A stretch of 64,000 nt of DNA. Source: an uncultured Planctomycetota bacterium (GTDB taxonomy: Bacteria > Planctomycetota > Planctomycetia > Gemmatales > Gemmataceae). Within the stretch, counting starts at the first letter, position 1; the number at the start of each line of letters is the position of its first letter. Below are positions 21,640 to 32,366 of this stretch, piece by piece. A program made the translations under genes and the position numbers. The stretch spans positions 288,001-352,000 of the forward strand of contig CAWKHF010000006.1 of assembly GCA_963849325.1 (NCBI GenBank), in the 5' to 3' direction. A model generated the notes under the pieces. That model made no database searches. It worked only from the letters and a program-made list of their open reading frames with translations, and had not been told where the DNA came from.

Positions 21640-22035
21640 TTACGGATGGTATCGGTTTCCGGTAGCCCCAGCTTCGATGGCCTTATTGAACTCATCAAGA
21701 CGGCCAGGGCTGACTTTCCAGGATCGACCAGCTTCATAGTATCCATCGACTTCGATAACCCCTCTATGGACCAACTCATCGAACGTACTTCGAGGGATGT
21801 TGATCTCTTGAAGGCCATTCTTGTAGGATGCCTGGAATCCTTCGGCGATTGATTTGTCAGTTGACAGAAACACCCCATCTCCTGAGTATTGCTTCGGATC
21901 GAACCCGCTTTTGACTTCATTAGCAACCCCCGCTCTTCCTTGCTGGGGAGCTTTCCAAAGGGTGACTGTTTCGCTCGACTCGGGAACGCCAACAACCTTG
22001 GCTCGTGGGATACCGGCTTGTGGAGCAACCCACAC
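21640..22035 (-). CDS. Orphan toxin tip 4, ADP-ribosyltransferase-like
   Basis: TLWKA...GF...GVFLSTDKSIA...Y..G..EINIP pattern like polymorphic ART domains; lies between immunity genes. Confidence 0.5.
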   Translation of the reverse strand: MWVAPQAGIPRAKVVGVPESSETVTLWKAPQQGRAGVANEVKSGFDPKQYSGDGVFLSTDKSIAEGFQASYKNGLQEINIPRSTFDELVHRGVIEVDGYYEAGRSWKVSPGRLDEFNKAIEAGATGNRYHP

Positions 22036-22047
22036 TGCTCACGAAAA

Positions 22048-22431
22048 TCATGCCATGATACCAGCTTCATGCCACTCGATCATATCATTCACGGCATACC
22101 TGAACCATTCCCAAAAAGTGTGCATCCGGGTAACGACCTCGTAGCCGGGCGATGCGAAGTCGTGAACAACAATAACTTGGCCCGCCCCCTGTTCGGGATC
22201 ACGCATGACGAAGCAAGCAACGTCGTCGTTGTCGGCCCTCCGTGCGAACGGGATGATGCTCCGCTCCGGGTAGCGTTTGTTGACCCCGACGAACAGATAG
22301 TCGAACTCCTCGTCGGACACCAAATGCCAGGGATGTAGGTTGACCAAGTTTAGCCCTTTGGCCTCCTCGTAGCCATTGGGCAAATTGACCCCGTTCTCCA
22401 CGGCGATCATTGCTGGCTTTGTAGAAACCAT
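22048..22431 (-). CDS. SUKH/SMI1-KNR4-like immunity protein
   Basis: LPNGY...IIPFARRADNDDVACF...VIVVHDFASPGYE...TFWEWF; directly after the ParB-like toxin. Confidence 0.75.
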   Translation of the reverse strand: MVSTKPAMIAVENGVNLPNGYEEAKGLNLVNLHPWHLVSDEEFDYLFVGVNKRYPERSIIPFARRADNDDVACFVMRDPEQGAGQVIVVHDFASPGYEVVTRMHTFWEWFRYAVNDMIEWHEAGIMA

Positions 22432-22444
22432 CTTGTCCTCCTAT

Positions 22445-25400
22445 TCACTCCGGGGGCTTCGGCATCCGTGGCGGATTGGGCGTGCCGGTCGGCGGAAGTG
22501 GTGGCCTTTGGTTCCCTGTTCGCTGGGCGAGAGCTTCGCCCCAGGTTTTAGCATCACCGAACCGACCAATCATGTCAGGAGGCAGTAGTTCATCCGGCGC
22601 ATGGACTCTCACGGGTATCTCTTTGATCCCAAGTTCTCTGGCGACAGCAACACGAGTGTTGTCAATCGTGGTAACGCCATCTGCTGTTCGGACAGCATCC
22701 ACAGGATCACCGGCCCATCCCTTCTCCTTCATGCTCTGCCGGAGAACATCTGCTCGCCCCCTCCCTCCCGCCGTATTCTGGCTAAACCGGACTTTCGCTG
22801 GGTCAAGGTTTTCAACGGCTCCCTTTGGAGCAAGCGTCTTCGCCTCTGCTTGAGCAAGTGTCTTCGCCTCTGCTTGAGTGAGCGTCTTCGCCTCTGCTTG
22901 AGCAAGCGTCTTCGCCTCTGTCCTGGCCAATGTTTTTTGGGCCTCAATCTCTGACTTAATCGCCTTTTTCGTTGCCGAAAACGCGCCAGCTGTTCCTTCG
23001 CCTTCAACTGTGCCTATCCCTCCTATCTCAAATAACGCATACCATCCGATAGCCTCCATCATATCGTCATAGAATGCCGACGAGATTTTTAGGGAGATTT
23101 GAAAACTTTGCTTGAACGCTTCCCCTATGGGCATCCCTTTTCCGGTTGTCGACGGAGCCTGAGGGGAATTAATGCCTCCAGGGTGAGACATTGCCAAATA
23201 CGCATAAACCAGGCCCTCCACATCTTCATCTTCAATATCTTCACCCTCGTCACGCAATATGCTCGCAATGGTACTAATGTCGGACGGACCCAGCTGATCG
23301 GGATCATGATTACTGAAATACCAATCCAATACATCCAATTGCGTATCTGTCGGCGGATCATCACGGAAGGGCATCCCGAACGGCGAATAGTCGAGGTTGC
23401 CCGGTCCTGCTCCCGCCGCCGCATTAGAGACGTTGGCGAAGCCTTGCATCAGTGAGTAGCGGTCCTGGCCGGTCTCGCTCTGGCTGAGGCTGCCGCTCTT
23501 CCAATCGCCACTCTCCTGCAAGCTGTAGCTGTTGCTGCCGACACCACTGGGCATGGTTGCGCCGGGACCGCTGTCGGTCAAGCTGTAGCTGCCACTACCC
23601 GATTCCGTGCGCTGGAAGGTCTGATCCGGCGTACTGCCCGTCTCGCTCACCGTGTTCGACTCGCTGCCCTGCAACGTCGCGCTGTAACTGCCGCCCGACG
23701 ACTGCCCCGACTCCGAGAGATTATAGCTGTCACCGCCCGTCAGGCCACGGCTGTAGACGCCGGTGACGTTGTTGCCGTTCTCCTGACCGCTGCTCGTCGC
23801 ACTGCCCAACTCCGTCAGGCTATAACTGTCGCTGCCCGTCGCCGTCTGCGTCATCCCGTAGTTGTCGCTGCTGCTCAACTGCGCCGTGTAACTGCCGGTG
23901 AAATTATCCCCCGACTCCTGCCGCGTACTCGTCTGACTGTCGCTCTCGCTGGTGTCCACGCCACCAGCACTGTCCTGCAGTGTCGTCGTGCCGCTACTGC
24001 TGGTGTTGCGCGTGTAGGCACCCGTGAAGTCGTCGCCCGACTCGGCAAGCGTGCTGTTCGACTGGCTCGTCTCCGTGTACGACGCTTGCCCCGCCAACGT
24101 CGTCGTCGTGTCCTGAATGGTCGTGCTCACATTGTCCGTACCCGAGCCGCTGTAGCTGCCGGTCTCATCGTCGCCCGTCTGCTGCCACGACTGCTGCTCG
24201 CTGCTGGACTTCGACAAGCTCGACGTGCCCACGCTGTTGGTGGCCGTCTGCCCCACATTGTCCGTGCTGCTGCTGCTGCTACCGAAGCTGTCCTCGCCCG
24301 TGTACAAGTCGTCGCTGTCCTGGACGGTGCTCGTCGTGGACTGCACGTCCTGCAACGAGTAGCTGGTGCTCGTCGCCAGATACGTGCCGCTCTCCGTCGT
24401 CGTCGTCAGGTCGCTGCTCGTGGTCGTCGCCGCGTCGCTGCCGCTGAACTCGTCGGCGCTGTCCTGCGTCGTGGTCGTGTTGGAATCGCTCACCGTCTGG
24501 TTGTAACTGTCGTTACCGTCGCCGCCCTGCTTGGTCGTACTCGTCACCGTCGTCACCGTCTGACCGTCGCTGTCGCTGCCGGTGTAATCGTCGCCCGAGT
24601 CGCTGTCGCTGCTGCTGACCGTGGTCGTCGTCGTCGCCGTGAACGAACCACGTGAGTCCGTGCCGCTGTCGGTCGTGGTGGACGTGCCCGAACCGCTGCC
24701 GCTGACGGTCTGGACGCCGCTGAACAGGTTGCCGCTGAGCGTCAACGTGCTACTGTCGCTGGACTGCGTCACGCCGCTGTCGTCCAGACCATCGTCGCTG
24801 ACATCGTCGTTGTCGGTGTCGCTGTCGCTGCTGCTGACGGTCTCGGCCAGGCTGCCGGTATAGGTGTTCTCGCTCAGCGTGGTCGTGCTGCTGTCGGAGG
24901 CTTGGTCGGTGCTGCTGTCCGTGGCACCCTGGTCCGACTGGTGTCCCCGCCGCTGACGCTGAGCAAGTCCTGGATGGTCGCCGACAGGCTGCCGCTGAAC
25001 AGGTTCTGGCTCCAGACCGTGCTGCACGTGTCGCTGCCCTGCGACGTGCTTGTGTCCGTCAGTCCCTGATCGGTCGCGTCGTCCGTGCCCGTGTCCGTCA
25101 CGCTGTCCGTACTCGTACCCGACACGCTGCCCGTGTACACATTCTCGCTCAACGTCGTCGTCGTGCTGTCGCTGCTTTGGTCCGTGCTGTTGTCGTCGGC
25201 GCCCTGGTCGCTGCTGTCGTCGCTGCCGGCGTCGCTGCGGTTGTCCGTGATCGTCTCGGACAGGATGCCCGTGAAGGTGTTCTCGCTCAGCGTGGTCGTG
25301 CTGCTGTCGGTGCTGCTGTCCCTGCTGTTGTCGTGTCACCCTGGTCCGAACGGTTGTCCTGGCGGGAAGCACACACGTCCTGAATGGTCGCGGACAGGCT

Positions 25401-28400
25401 GCCGGTGAAGACGTTCTGGCTCCAGACGGTGGTGCTGGTGTCGCTGCCCTGCGTCGTGCTCGTGTCCGTCAGCGCTTGGTCCGTGGTGTTGTCGCTGCCG
25501 TTGTCGGTAATCGTGTCACTGCCGCTGCCGGAGAGGTCGCCCGTGTACAAGTTCTCGCTCAGCGTCGTGGTCGAGCTGTCCGTGCTGTTATCGGTGCTGC
25601 TGTCCTGGTCGCCCTGGTCGGAGACATCCTCCGTACCGGCGTCGCTGTCGGTGTCCGTGAGGGTCTCCGACAGGCTGCCGGTGTAGGTATTCTCGTTCAG
25701 AAGGGTCGTGCTGCTGTCGCTGCTCTGGTCGGTGCTGGTGTCGTCCTCGCCCTGGTCGGAGGTGTCGTCGCGGCCGCTGGTGTTAGCAAGTCCTGGATGG
25801 TGGCCGTCAGGCTGCCCGTGAACACGTTCTGCGTCCACAGCGTACTGCTGGTGTCGCTGCTCTGCGTCGTGCTCGTGTCGGTCATCTCCTGGTCCGTCGT
25901 GTCGTCCGTGCCGCTGTCCGTGGCCGTATCGTTGCTGCCGCCGGAGAGACTGCCCGTGTACAGGTCTTCGTTCAGTGTCGTGGTCGAACTGTCGCTGCTG
26001 CTGTCGGTGCTGCTGTCGTTCTCGCCCTGGTCCGAACTGTCATCCGTGCTGGTGTCCGTGCTGTTGTCCAGGATCGTCGTCGTCAGATTGCCCAGGATGG
26101 TATTGCCCATCACCGTCGCCGTGCTGCTGTCCGTGCTCGTGTCGGTGCTACTGTCGCTCAACGACTGGTCCGCCGTCGTGTCCTGGAGCACGGCACGCAG
26201 TTGATCCTGCACCGTCGCCGTCAGCGTGCCGGTAAAGAGGTTCTCCACCCAAGTCGTCGTCGTCGTGTCGCTGCCCTGCGACGTGCGGTCATCGCTCACC
26301 GTCTGCACCGTCTCGTCGTCCGTGCCGCTGTCCGTCACGGTGTCCGTGGTCGTGCCCGAGACGCTGCCCGTGTACAGGTTCAGCCCCTCCACCGTCGTCG
26401 CACTGTCCGTGCTCTGATCGGTGCTGGTGTCCGTGGGAGCATTGGGCAGCTCTACCACCTCGTCATCCGTACTGCTGTCGCTGCCGAGGTCGCTGATCGT
26501 CGCCGTTAGGTAGCCGCTGAACAGGTTGCCGCTGACCGTCGTGATCGCGTTGTCGGTGCCCGTGTCCGTGCCGCTGTCCTCTAGCGACTGGTCCGTCGTC
26601 GTGCCACCGCCCGAGGACGACGACTGGTCCGTCGTACTCTCCGACAGCGCACCCCCCACCAAATCCAAGGTCCAACTGGCGGAGTTGCTGTCCGTGCCCT
26701 GCGACGTACACGACGACTGCAAGCCCTGGTCCGTCGCGTCGTCGTCCTCCGTGTCCGTCTCACCGCCGCTGTCCGAACCCGACACCGTACCGCCCGCCCA
26801 GTCCTCCGTCAGCGTCACCGTCGCGCTGGCGTTACCCACGTCCGTGCCGCTGTCCGCTTCGCTCTGATCGCTGTCGCTGCCCTGCTCCGAGAAGGAATGG
26901 GTGTCCGTCGTCGTCACCGTCTGCGTGCCGGCCAGCACGTTGGCCACGAATTGCGCCGTCAGGTTGCCACTGGACCAACTCGTGGCACTGTCGCTGGCCG
27001 TCTGATTGCTCACGCTCTCCAACAGCGACGTGCCACCGCTGCCCGACGACGACGACGACATGCTCCCCGTCAACACGTTGCCGCTGATCGTCGTCGTCAT
27101 GTCCTCGCTGTCGGAGACCGAGCTGCTGTCCTGCTCGGTCTGATCGCTGCCGGTGTCCGTCTCGCTGCTGCCGTCACTGCTGCTCTGCGTGCTCGCGTAC
27201 GCCCCACTCAGACGATCCAGCGTCGTGGCACTGGTCAACACCGACGTAACGCTGCCCGTGCCGCTGTCATCCTCGGTCTCCTCGTCGTCGCCCGACTGCA
27301 CCGTGGTGCTGCTGGACAACGTCACACTGTCGCTGTAGTCGCCGTCCGACTCCTGCAACGAACCCGACCAGGTGCCGCTGCCGTTGGTCGTCGTCGTCGA
27401 ACTGCCGCCCGCGTTGGTCGCCGTCCGCGTCACCTGGTCGGTATTGTTGCCGCTGATGCCGCCCAGAAACTCGGCACCGATGCCGCCGCCGCCGTCCACT
27501 ATCGTGAGCGTGTTCAGCGTCTCCGTCTCGGTATAACTGTCGCCGCCTTCCTGGCCCGTCGTCGTCGTCACCGTCTCCACGCCGGTGGTCACGCTGCCGC
27601 CATAGGTGCCGTCAAGAAAGTTGCCGTCCAGCTGGATCTCTTGGCCGCCGGTCTGTGTCTGCGTGTCGGTGAAATTGCCATTCGCATCGCGGCCGATGCT
27701 GTCCTGTACCGTCTGGTTGATGCCGTCGTCGATGGTCGAGGAGAAGTCGCCCGTGTCGCCGTCGCCGCTGCCCGTTACCTGGACGTTGCCGCCGCCGCTG
27801 ACCGTGCCGCTACGGTAGCGGGACAGGTCGTCGCTGACGATGGAGCCGACGACGCCATCGCCGCCGCTGGCACTGCTGGCGAAGCTGCCCTCGGTGAAGA
27901 TGCTGGGCGTGTCGCTGCCCTGGGCCGAGACGGCGAAGGTCAAGGACACGATGTCCAGCGTGGCCAAGGTGCCGCTCGGCGTGTACAGCGTCTTTTGCAG
28001 TCGGTAGTCCAGCTCGCCGTTGGTGCCGGCGGCGTAGGTGCCGGTGCTGGCGTCCTGTCCGCCGGTTTCGCTGTCGCCGGAGGAGAGCTTGCTGGCCTGG
28101 TAGGACAGGTAGAGGGATTTGCCCGGGCTGGAGCTGGCGACTTGCACTTGGGTGTCGTCGGTCAGGTCCAGGACGTCGGCGAAGCTGACGCCGGCGCCGA
28201 CGGCCTGGAAGGTGTTGTCGGTGACCTGGACGGCGACGACATACGGTCCTTGCAGCCGGTAGGTGTGGCTGCCGATAATGTCGAGTCCGCCGTTGGCATT
28301 GGCTTGGACTTGTCCGCCGGAGGTGGTGCCGTCGCCCCAGAGGATGACGGCGGAGTAGTCGCCGGCGCCGTGGAAGGGGTTGGTGATGGTGGCGACGGTG

Positions 28401-30387
28401 CCGGAGAATTGTTGGCCTTCGATGGCGGCGAAGGCGGTGCCGCCGACATCGGGTTCTTCGTCGATGGTCGTGGTGGCGACGGAGGGAGAACCGAGGGTGG
28501 CGTTGCTGGCGCCACTGAGGACCACGGCGAAGGCGTCGCTGGGTTCGTCCTCGTCGCTGCCGCTGCCGTCGTCGAGGATGGGCACGGTGAAGCCTTCGCT
28601 GGTCTGGCCGGGAGCGAAGGTCAAGGTGCCGTTGGTGGGGGTATAGTCTTCGCCGCCGACGGCCGTGATGTCGCTGGTGGCATAGTCCACGGTCACGGTT
28701 TGGCTGGCGGAGCCGCTCAAGGTGACGGTGACACTGGCCGGCCCCTCGGTCTCGGACACGGTGTAGGTGGGCGAACCGAACTGCACCGTCGGCGTGGGTG
28801 TAGGCGTGGGCGTGGGCGTGCTATCTTGCGGGAGGGCCACGGGGGCCAGCGCGGTCGTGCCCGTGCGGGTGCCCGTGGGGTGGCTCACGACCGGGTGGAA
28901 CGACGCGCTGCCAGCATCCTCGTCGCCGTCGCTCTCGTCCAGAAGGGTGACGGTCTGGCCGTGGCGGGTCTGGTCCTGCGTCAAGGTCGGACGGCTGTTG
29001 GCGCCGATCGAGTCGGTGCCCGCCGTGGCCGTCGGCGTGGGCGTTGGCGTCGGTGTGGGCGTGAGTATCGAAGGAGCTGTGTTGCTGGAGAGAACCGTGC
29101 TCGTACGGGTGTTCGTCGCTGTCGGCGTGGCCATCGGCGTCGCCGTAGACGTGGGGGTCGGCGTCGGCGTGATCGTTGAAGGAGTTGTGTTGTTGGGGAG
29201 GGTCGTGCTCGTACGGGCGTTCGTCGCCGTCAGCGTGGCCGGGGGCGTGGACGCGATCCCCGCCGTCAGGCGGGTGGGCGCGGACAGGCTGCTCCGACTT
29301 GGCACCGACAGGGTGTTGGACGACGGCAGTGTCGGCACATCCGCGGAGAACGGGCTGCCGGGCAGCGTGCTGCCCGTCCCCAGCGATCCGCTCAGGCCCG
29401 GCAGCGTGGGTGTACCGGGAAGGCCGCCAGAGAGGTTCGGCAGGCTCGGCCTACTCAGGCCGCTGTGAGGCGGCGTCGCCGGAGTCGTGCTGCCCGGCGG
29501 CGGGGCGGATGGCGTCGCCGAGGTGGCACCAGGCGTGGTCCCGACGTTGGCGTCGCTGCCCGAGGGCGGAACGCCCGAAGCCGCGGACGCCCCGGACCCG
29601 CTGCCACTGCCGCCGGCCGGCGCCGAACATGGTCGCGGTGTTGCCCACGGTCGCGTTGCTGGGAATGCCTGGCCGCAGACGGCGTCGCTCCCGCCGAAGT
29701 CGAGGCCAGTTGCGGCAGCGACGGCAGATTGCTGTGGCCACCACCGCCGCCGCCGTTGCCGTTGCCCCCGCCAATGCCCGCTGTGCTGCTGCCGCCGGGA
29801 GCACCGCCGCCCCCGCCGCCCCCGTTGTTCTTGTTGTCCACCGGCGGCGGCGGAGAAGTCGGTCGCCGCGTCGGCGGCGGCGACAGGTCGAGATCGTCCG
29901 ACGATGCCGACGGCTGCGAGGGAGGCGTGTCGTCGCGGACGCTGGCCGCGGACGTGATCGGCAGGGGCATCCCTTGCCCCGGATGTCCAGACGACGAGGC
30001 GTGTTCGCCCAACAGCCAGCTCCAGTCCGCCGACGAACCCGTCGCCAGCACCACTTCCTGCTGCGCGCCATCTGGCGGCGTGGCGGCGGCCACGGTGGTC
30101 TGCGGTTGGGGTTGGGTCGGCGCGGCGAGGGCGTCGGCCGGGGCAGAGTCGGCGGCCGCGTGCCAGGCGGGCACGAGCAAGGCCGTCAGGGTCTCGCCGG
30201 GCAGAGCACGCTCCTCCAGGGCCAGCAATTCCAGCCGCACCGGCGGACGAGGGATGCGGACGAGCGGGCCCCGCCAGCGGCCATACAGGCGACGAGGCCA
30301 GCGCAAGGCCCGGAGCAAACCGACCGTGGTCCGACGCACGTGCCAGCGAGCCCACCGCGTCCACCCGTAGCGCAGCCAGCGTCTCAT
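22445..30387 (-). CDS. Giant polymorphic toxin carrier B (~2600 aa, several frameshifts) with ParB-like toxin tip 3
   Basis: RLELLALEERALP leader, Calx-beta (~28460-28790), WGDG Ig-like domain, S/T/D stalk, GNLDYSPFGMPFRD (23360-23401), tip LDPAKVRFSQ...GWAGDPVDAV...DNTRVAVA. Confidence 0.85.
22828..22920. repeat. 24-bp tandem repeat x4 (EAKTLAQA) in the pre-toxin linker
   Basis: gagcaagcgtcttcgcctctgctt units. Confidence 0.9.
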
Positions 30388-30521
30388 GGGGCGTCCTCCC
30401 CGTGCGGTCGTCGCCGCGGAGTGGAGTCGATACCTTCCAGCAATGGATGCGAAGGACTATCATCCGGGCCTGGAGACCGGCGTGTCAAGGGGTAGCTGGG
30501 GGGTAGCTTGCTTTGGACTCA

Positions 30522-30605
30522 TCAGCTTCTCGTCATAGTCCCAGATGACTCCCTGTCCGGTGCCGTCGCCCCGGAAGCGGAGGGTGCCGACGGGCAGGCT
30601 GCGAT
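30522..30605 (-). pseudogene. 3' remnant of duplicated HTH-like gene
   Basis: NRSLPVGTLRFRGDGTGQGVIWDYDE matches the C-terminus of 42530..43069; cut by the IS remnant. Confidence 0.8.
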
Positions 30606-31031
30606 TTGCTGGATCGCGTGATTGTTTGGAAGAAAGGACACTTGCGCCGGCTTCTCGACGCCTCCCTGGAGTCTTATCATCAAGCGCGTCCCCACATGGG
30701 ATTGGGCCACAATGCTCCGCAGCCGCGTGCGGTAGAGCCACCGGAGCATGGCCGAGTCGTGGCGGAACCGATGGTAGGTGGTCTGCATCACCGTTACCGC
30801 CGCTGCGGCTGAGTACCCGCATTGAGAGACACCTCACGTTCTTTCGCCGGAACAGCGTTCCCGCTCCGTCTGAAGAGCAAAAACAGACCTTGAATGTACC
30901 TGCTCCCTGCTCGGAAGGCGACGAAGCCGCGTCGATCATCACTCCACCTCGAAGGTGCCAGTGCGATGATCCCTGAATCGCGCTCCTCCATCCGCCACAT
31001 GACTGCCCGGATGGCATTTTCGGGAAGGACA
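30606..31031 (+). mobile_element. Truncated IS: C-terminus of integrase-core (rve/IS481-like) transposase plus right end
   Basis: LDRVIVWKKGHLRRLL...YHQARPHMGLG...GGLHHRYRR (30606-30812), then terminal ...ttttcgggaaggaca. Confidence 0.8.
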
Positions 31032-31429
31032 GGTCACCACGGACGAATCGCTGCCGGTCGCGCTCTCCTCGTCGTCGCTCTCCTCGTCGTCGCCCGACTG
31101 CACCGTGGAGCTGCTCAACAGCGTCACGCTGTCGCTGTAGTCCTGGTCCGACACCTGCAACAGCCCGTCCAATTGTCGCTGCCGACGGTCGTCGCGCTCG
31201 AACTGCCGCCAGGGTTGGTCCCCGTCTGGACCACCAAGTCGGTGTTGCTGCCGCTGACGCTGCCGACAAACTCGCCGCTGATGCCGCCGCCGCCGCCCGC
31301 CAACGTGTGGACCGCCAACGTCTCCGTCTGCGTGTACTGGTCGCCGCCCTCCTGACCCGTCGTCGTCACCGTCGTCACGCCCCTGGCCACGCTGCCGCCA
31401 TAGGTGGCGTCGAGGAAGTTGCCGTCCAT
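31032..31429 (-). pseudogene. Internal fragment of a further toxin carrier stalk allele
   Basis: MDGNFLDATYGGSVARGVTTVTTTGQEGGDQYTQTE... homologous to 27240-27630 and 39200-39600. Confidence 0.8.
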
Positions 31430-31481
31430 TTGATAGGGACAGGCTCATTTTCCTGCGCAATAATATTCGCACAAAACGCAT

Positions 31482-32216
31482 TTAGCGTGTTGGCGGTCTT
31501 AATGCCAATGCCCGAAGATATTGATTCTCTCGTTCTATGCGAAGTATGTTGACGGGAATCGAGAGAGAAAGAAAGGTAAGACCAACGCCACACAATCCGA
31601 TAAGCCGTCGCCAATAATTAGAACGATAGCCTAAAACCGACTGCACAGTGAGGCTAATAATCTCAACGAGCGAAGCCGAAATGGCACCCATAACGATAGA
31701 GCTGATAACCACCATCAAGACATCTTTCTCTCGGGGAACGGTTGCAACTGATAATAGTATAACACAGAAGGCGATGGAGACGCCGAGCCATGCCAATAAC
31801 CATCCCGTCAAGACCGACAATCTTTCCTCGCGCATAGTCTGAACCGTCCATCTCAGTAGCAGTCCTGCAATTACGCCGGGCAGTAGGGCAAAAAGTGCAA
31901 GATTAATTATATTGTCAACGATTTTATCTAACGTAAGCGGCCCTTCCTTATAAGCAACTACGACACCATCCGGCGATACATATATTTCTCGTATTCGACC
32001 AGCTTGCGCAACCATGATGGAATAACACTCCTTGCCGTCTTCTGTCTCCTTTCGCACATACAGTATTTTGGCATCCGCTTTGCCGATAAATTCATCTTTA
32101 ATACGGCCCTCCACAACTGGGGGTAGATCGTTGATGGCGATCTCCTCGCTACTACCCTGCGTCTGCAACGTAATACGCAAGCACCCAATCGCAACCAGCA
32201 GGCATTTGTATTTCAT
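31482..32216 (-). CDS. Membrane protein with PepSY-like N-terminal domain; candidate immunity for tip 2
   Basis: LPPVV...KETEDGKECYSI...EIYVSPDG followed by about 4 TM helices; low GC; follows tip 2. Confidence 0.6.
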   Translation of the reverse strand: MKYKCLLVAIGCLRITLQTQGSSEEIAINDLPPVVEGRIKDEFIGKADAKILYVRKETEDGKECYSIMVAQAGRIREIYVSPDGVVVAYKEGPLTLDKIVDNIINLALFALLPGVIAGLLLRWTVQTMREERLSVLTGWLLAWLGVSIAFCVILLSVATVPREKDVLMVVISSIVMGAISASLVEIISLTVQSVLGYRSNYWRRLIGLCGVGLTFLSLSIPVNILRIERENQYLRALALRPPTR

Positions 32217-32366
32217 ATGGGAGTGATCCTCGCCGACATTCACGCCGGACTTTGCATCTATGACACAGAGGTTTCAATGAACTGCACGGTAAAGTTTGCT
32301 ATCATAGGTCATCCCGTGAGGGCCGAGCTGGTCCCCGAGAGGGGAGCCAGACGCGCTCAGTCAACC

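Noticed and set aside
22828-22920. 24-bp repeats as a CRISPR array
   Set aside because: No spacers, in-frame coding repeat, no cas genes
25340-25380. gggaagcacaca as a fourth IS end
   Set aside because: Similarity is only a few bases and repeat register is kept; more likely a noisy or mutated stalk segment
30606-30812. Functional transposase
   Set aside because: Only ~68 C-terminal residues remain, without most of the DDE core
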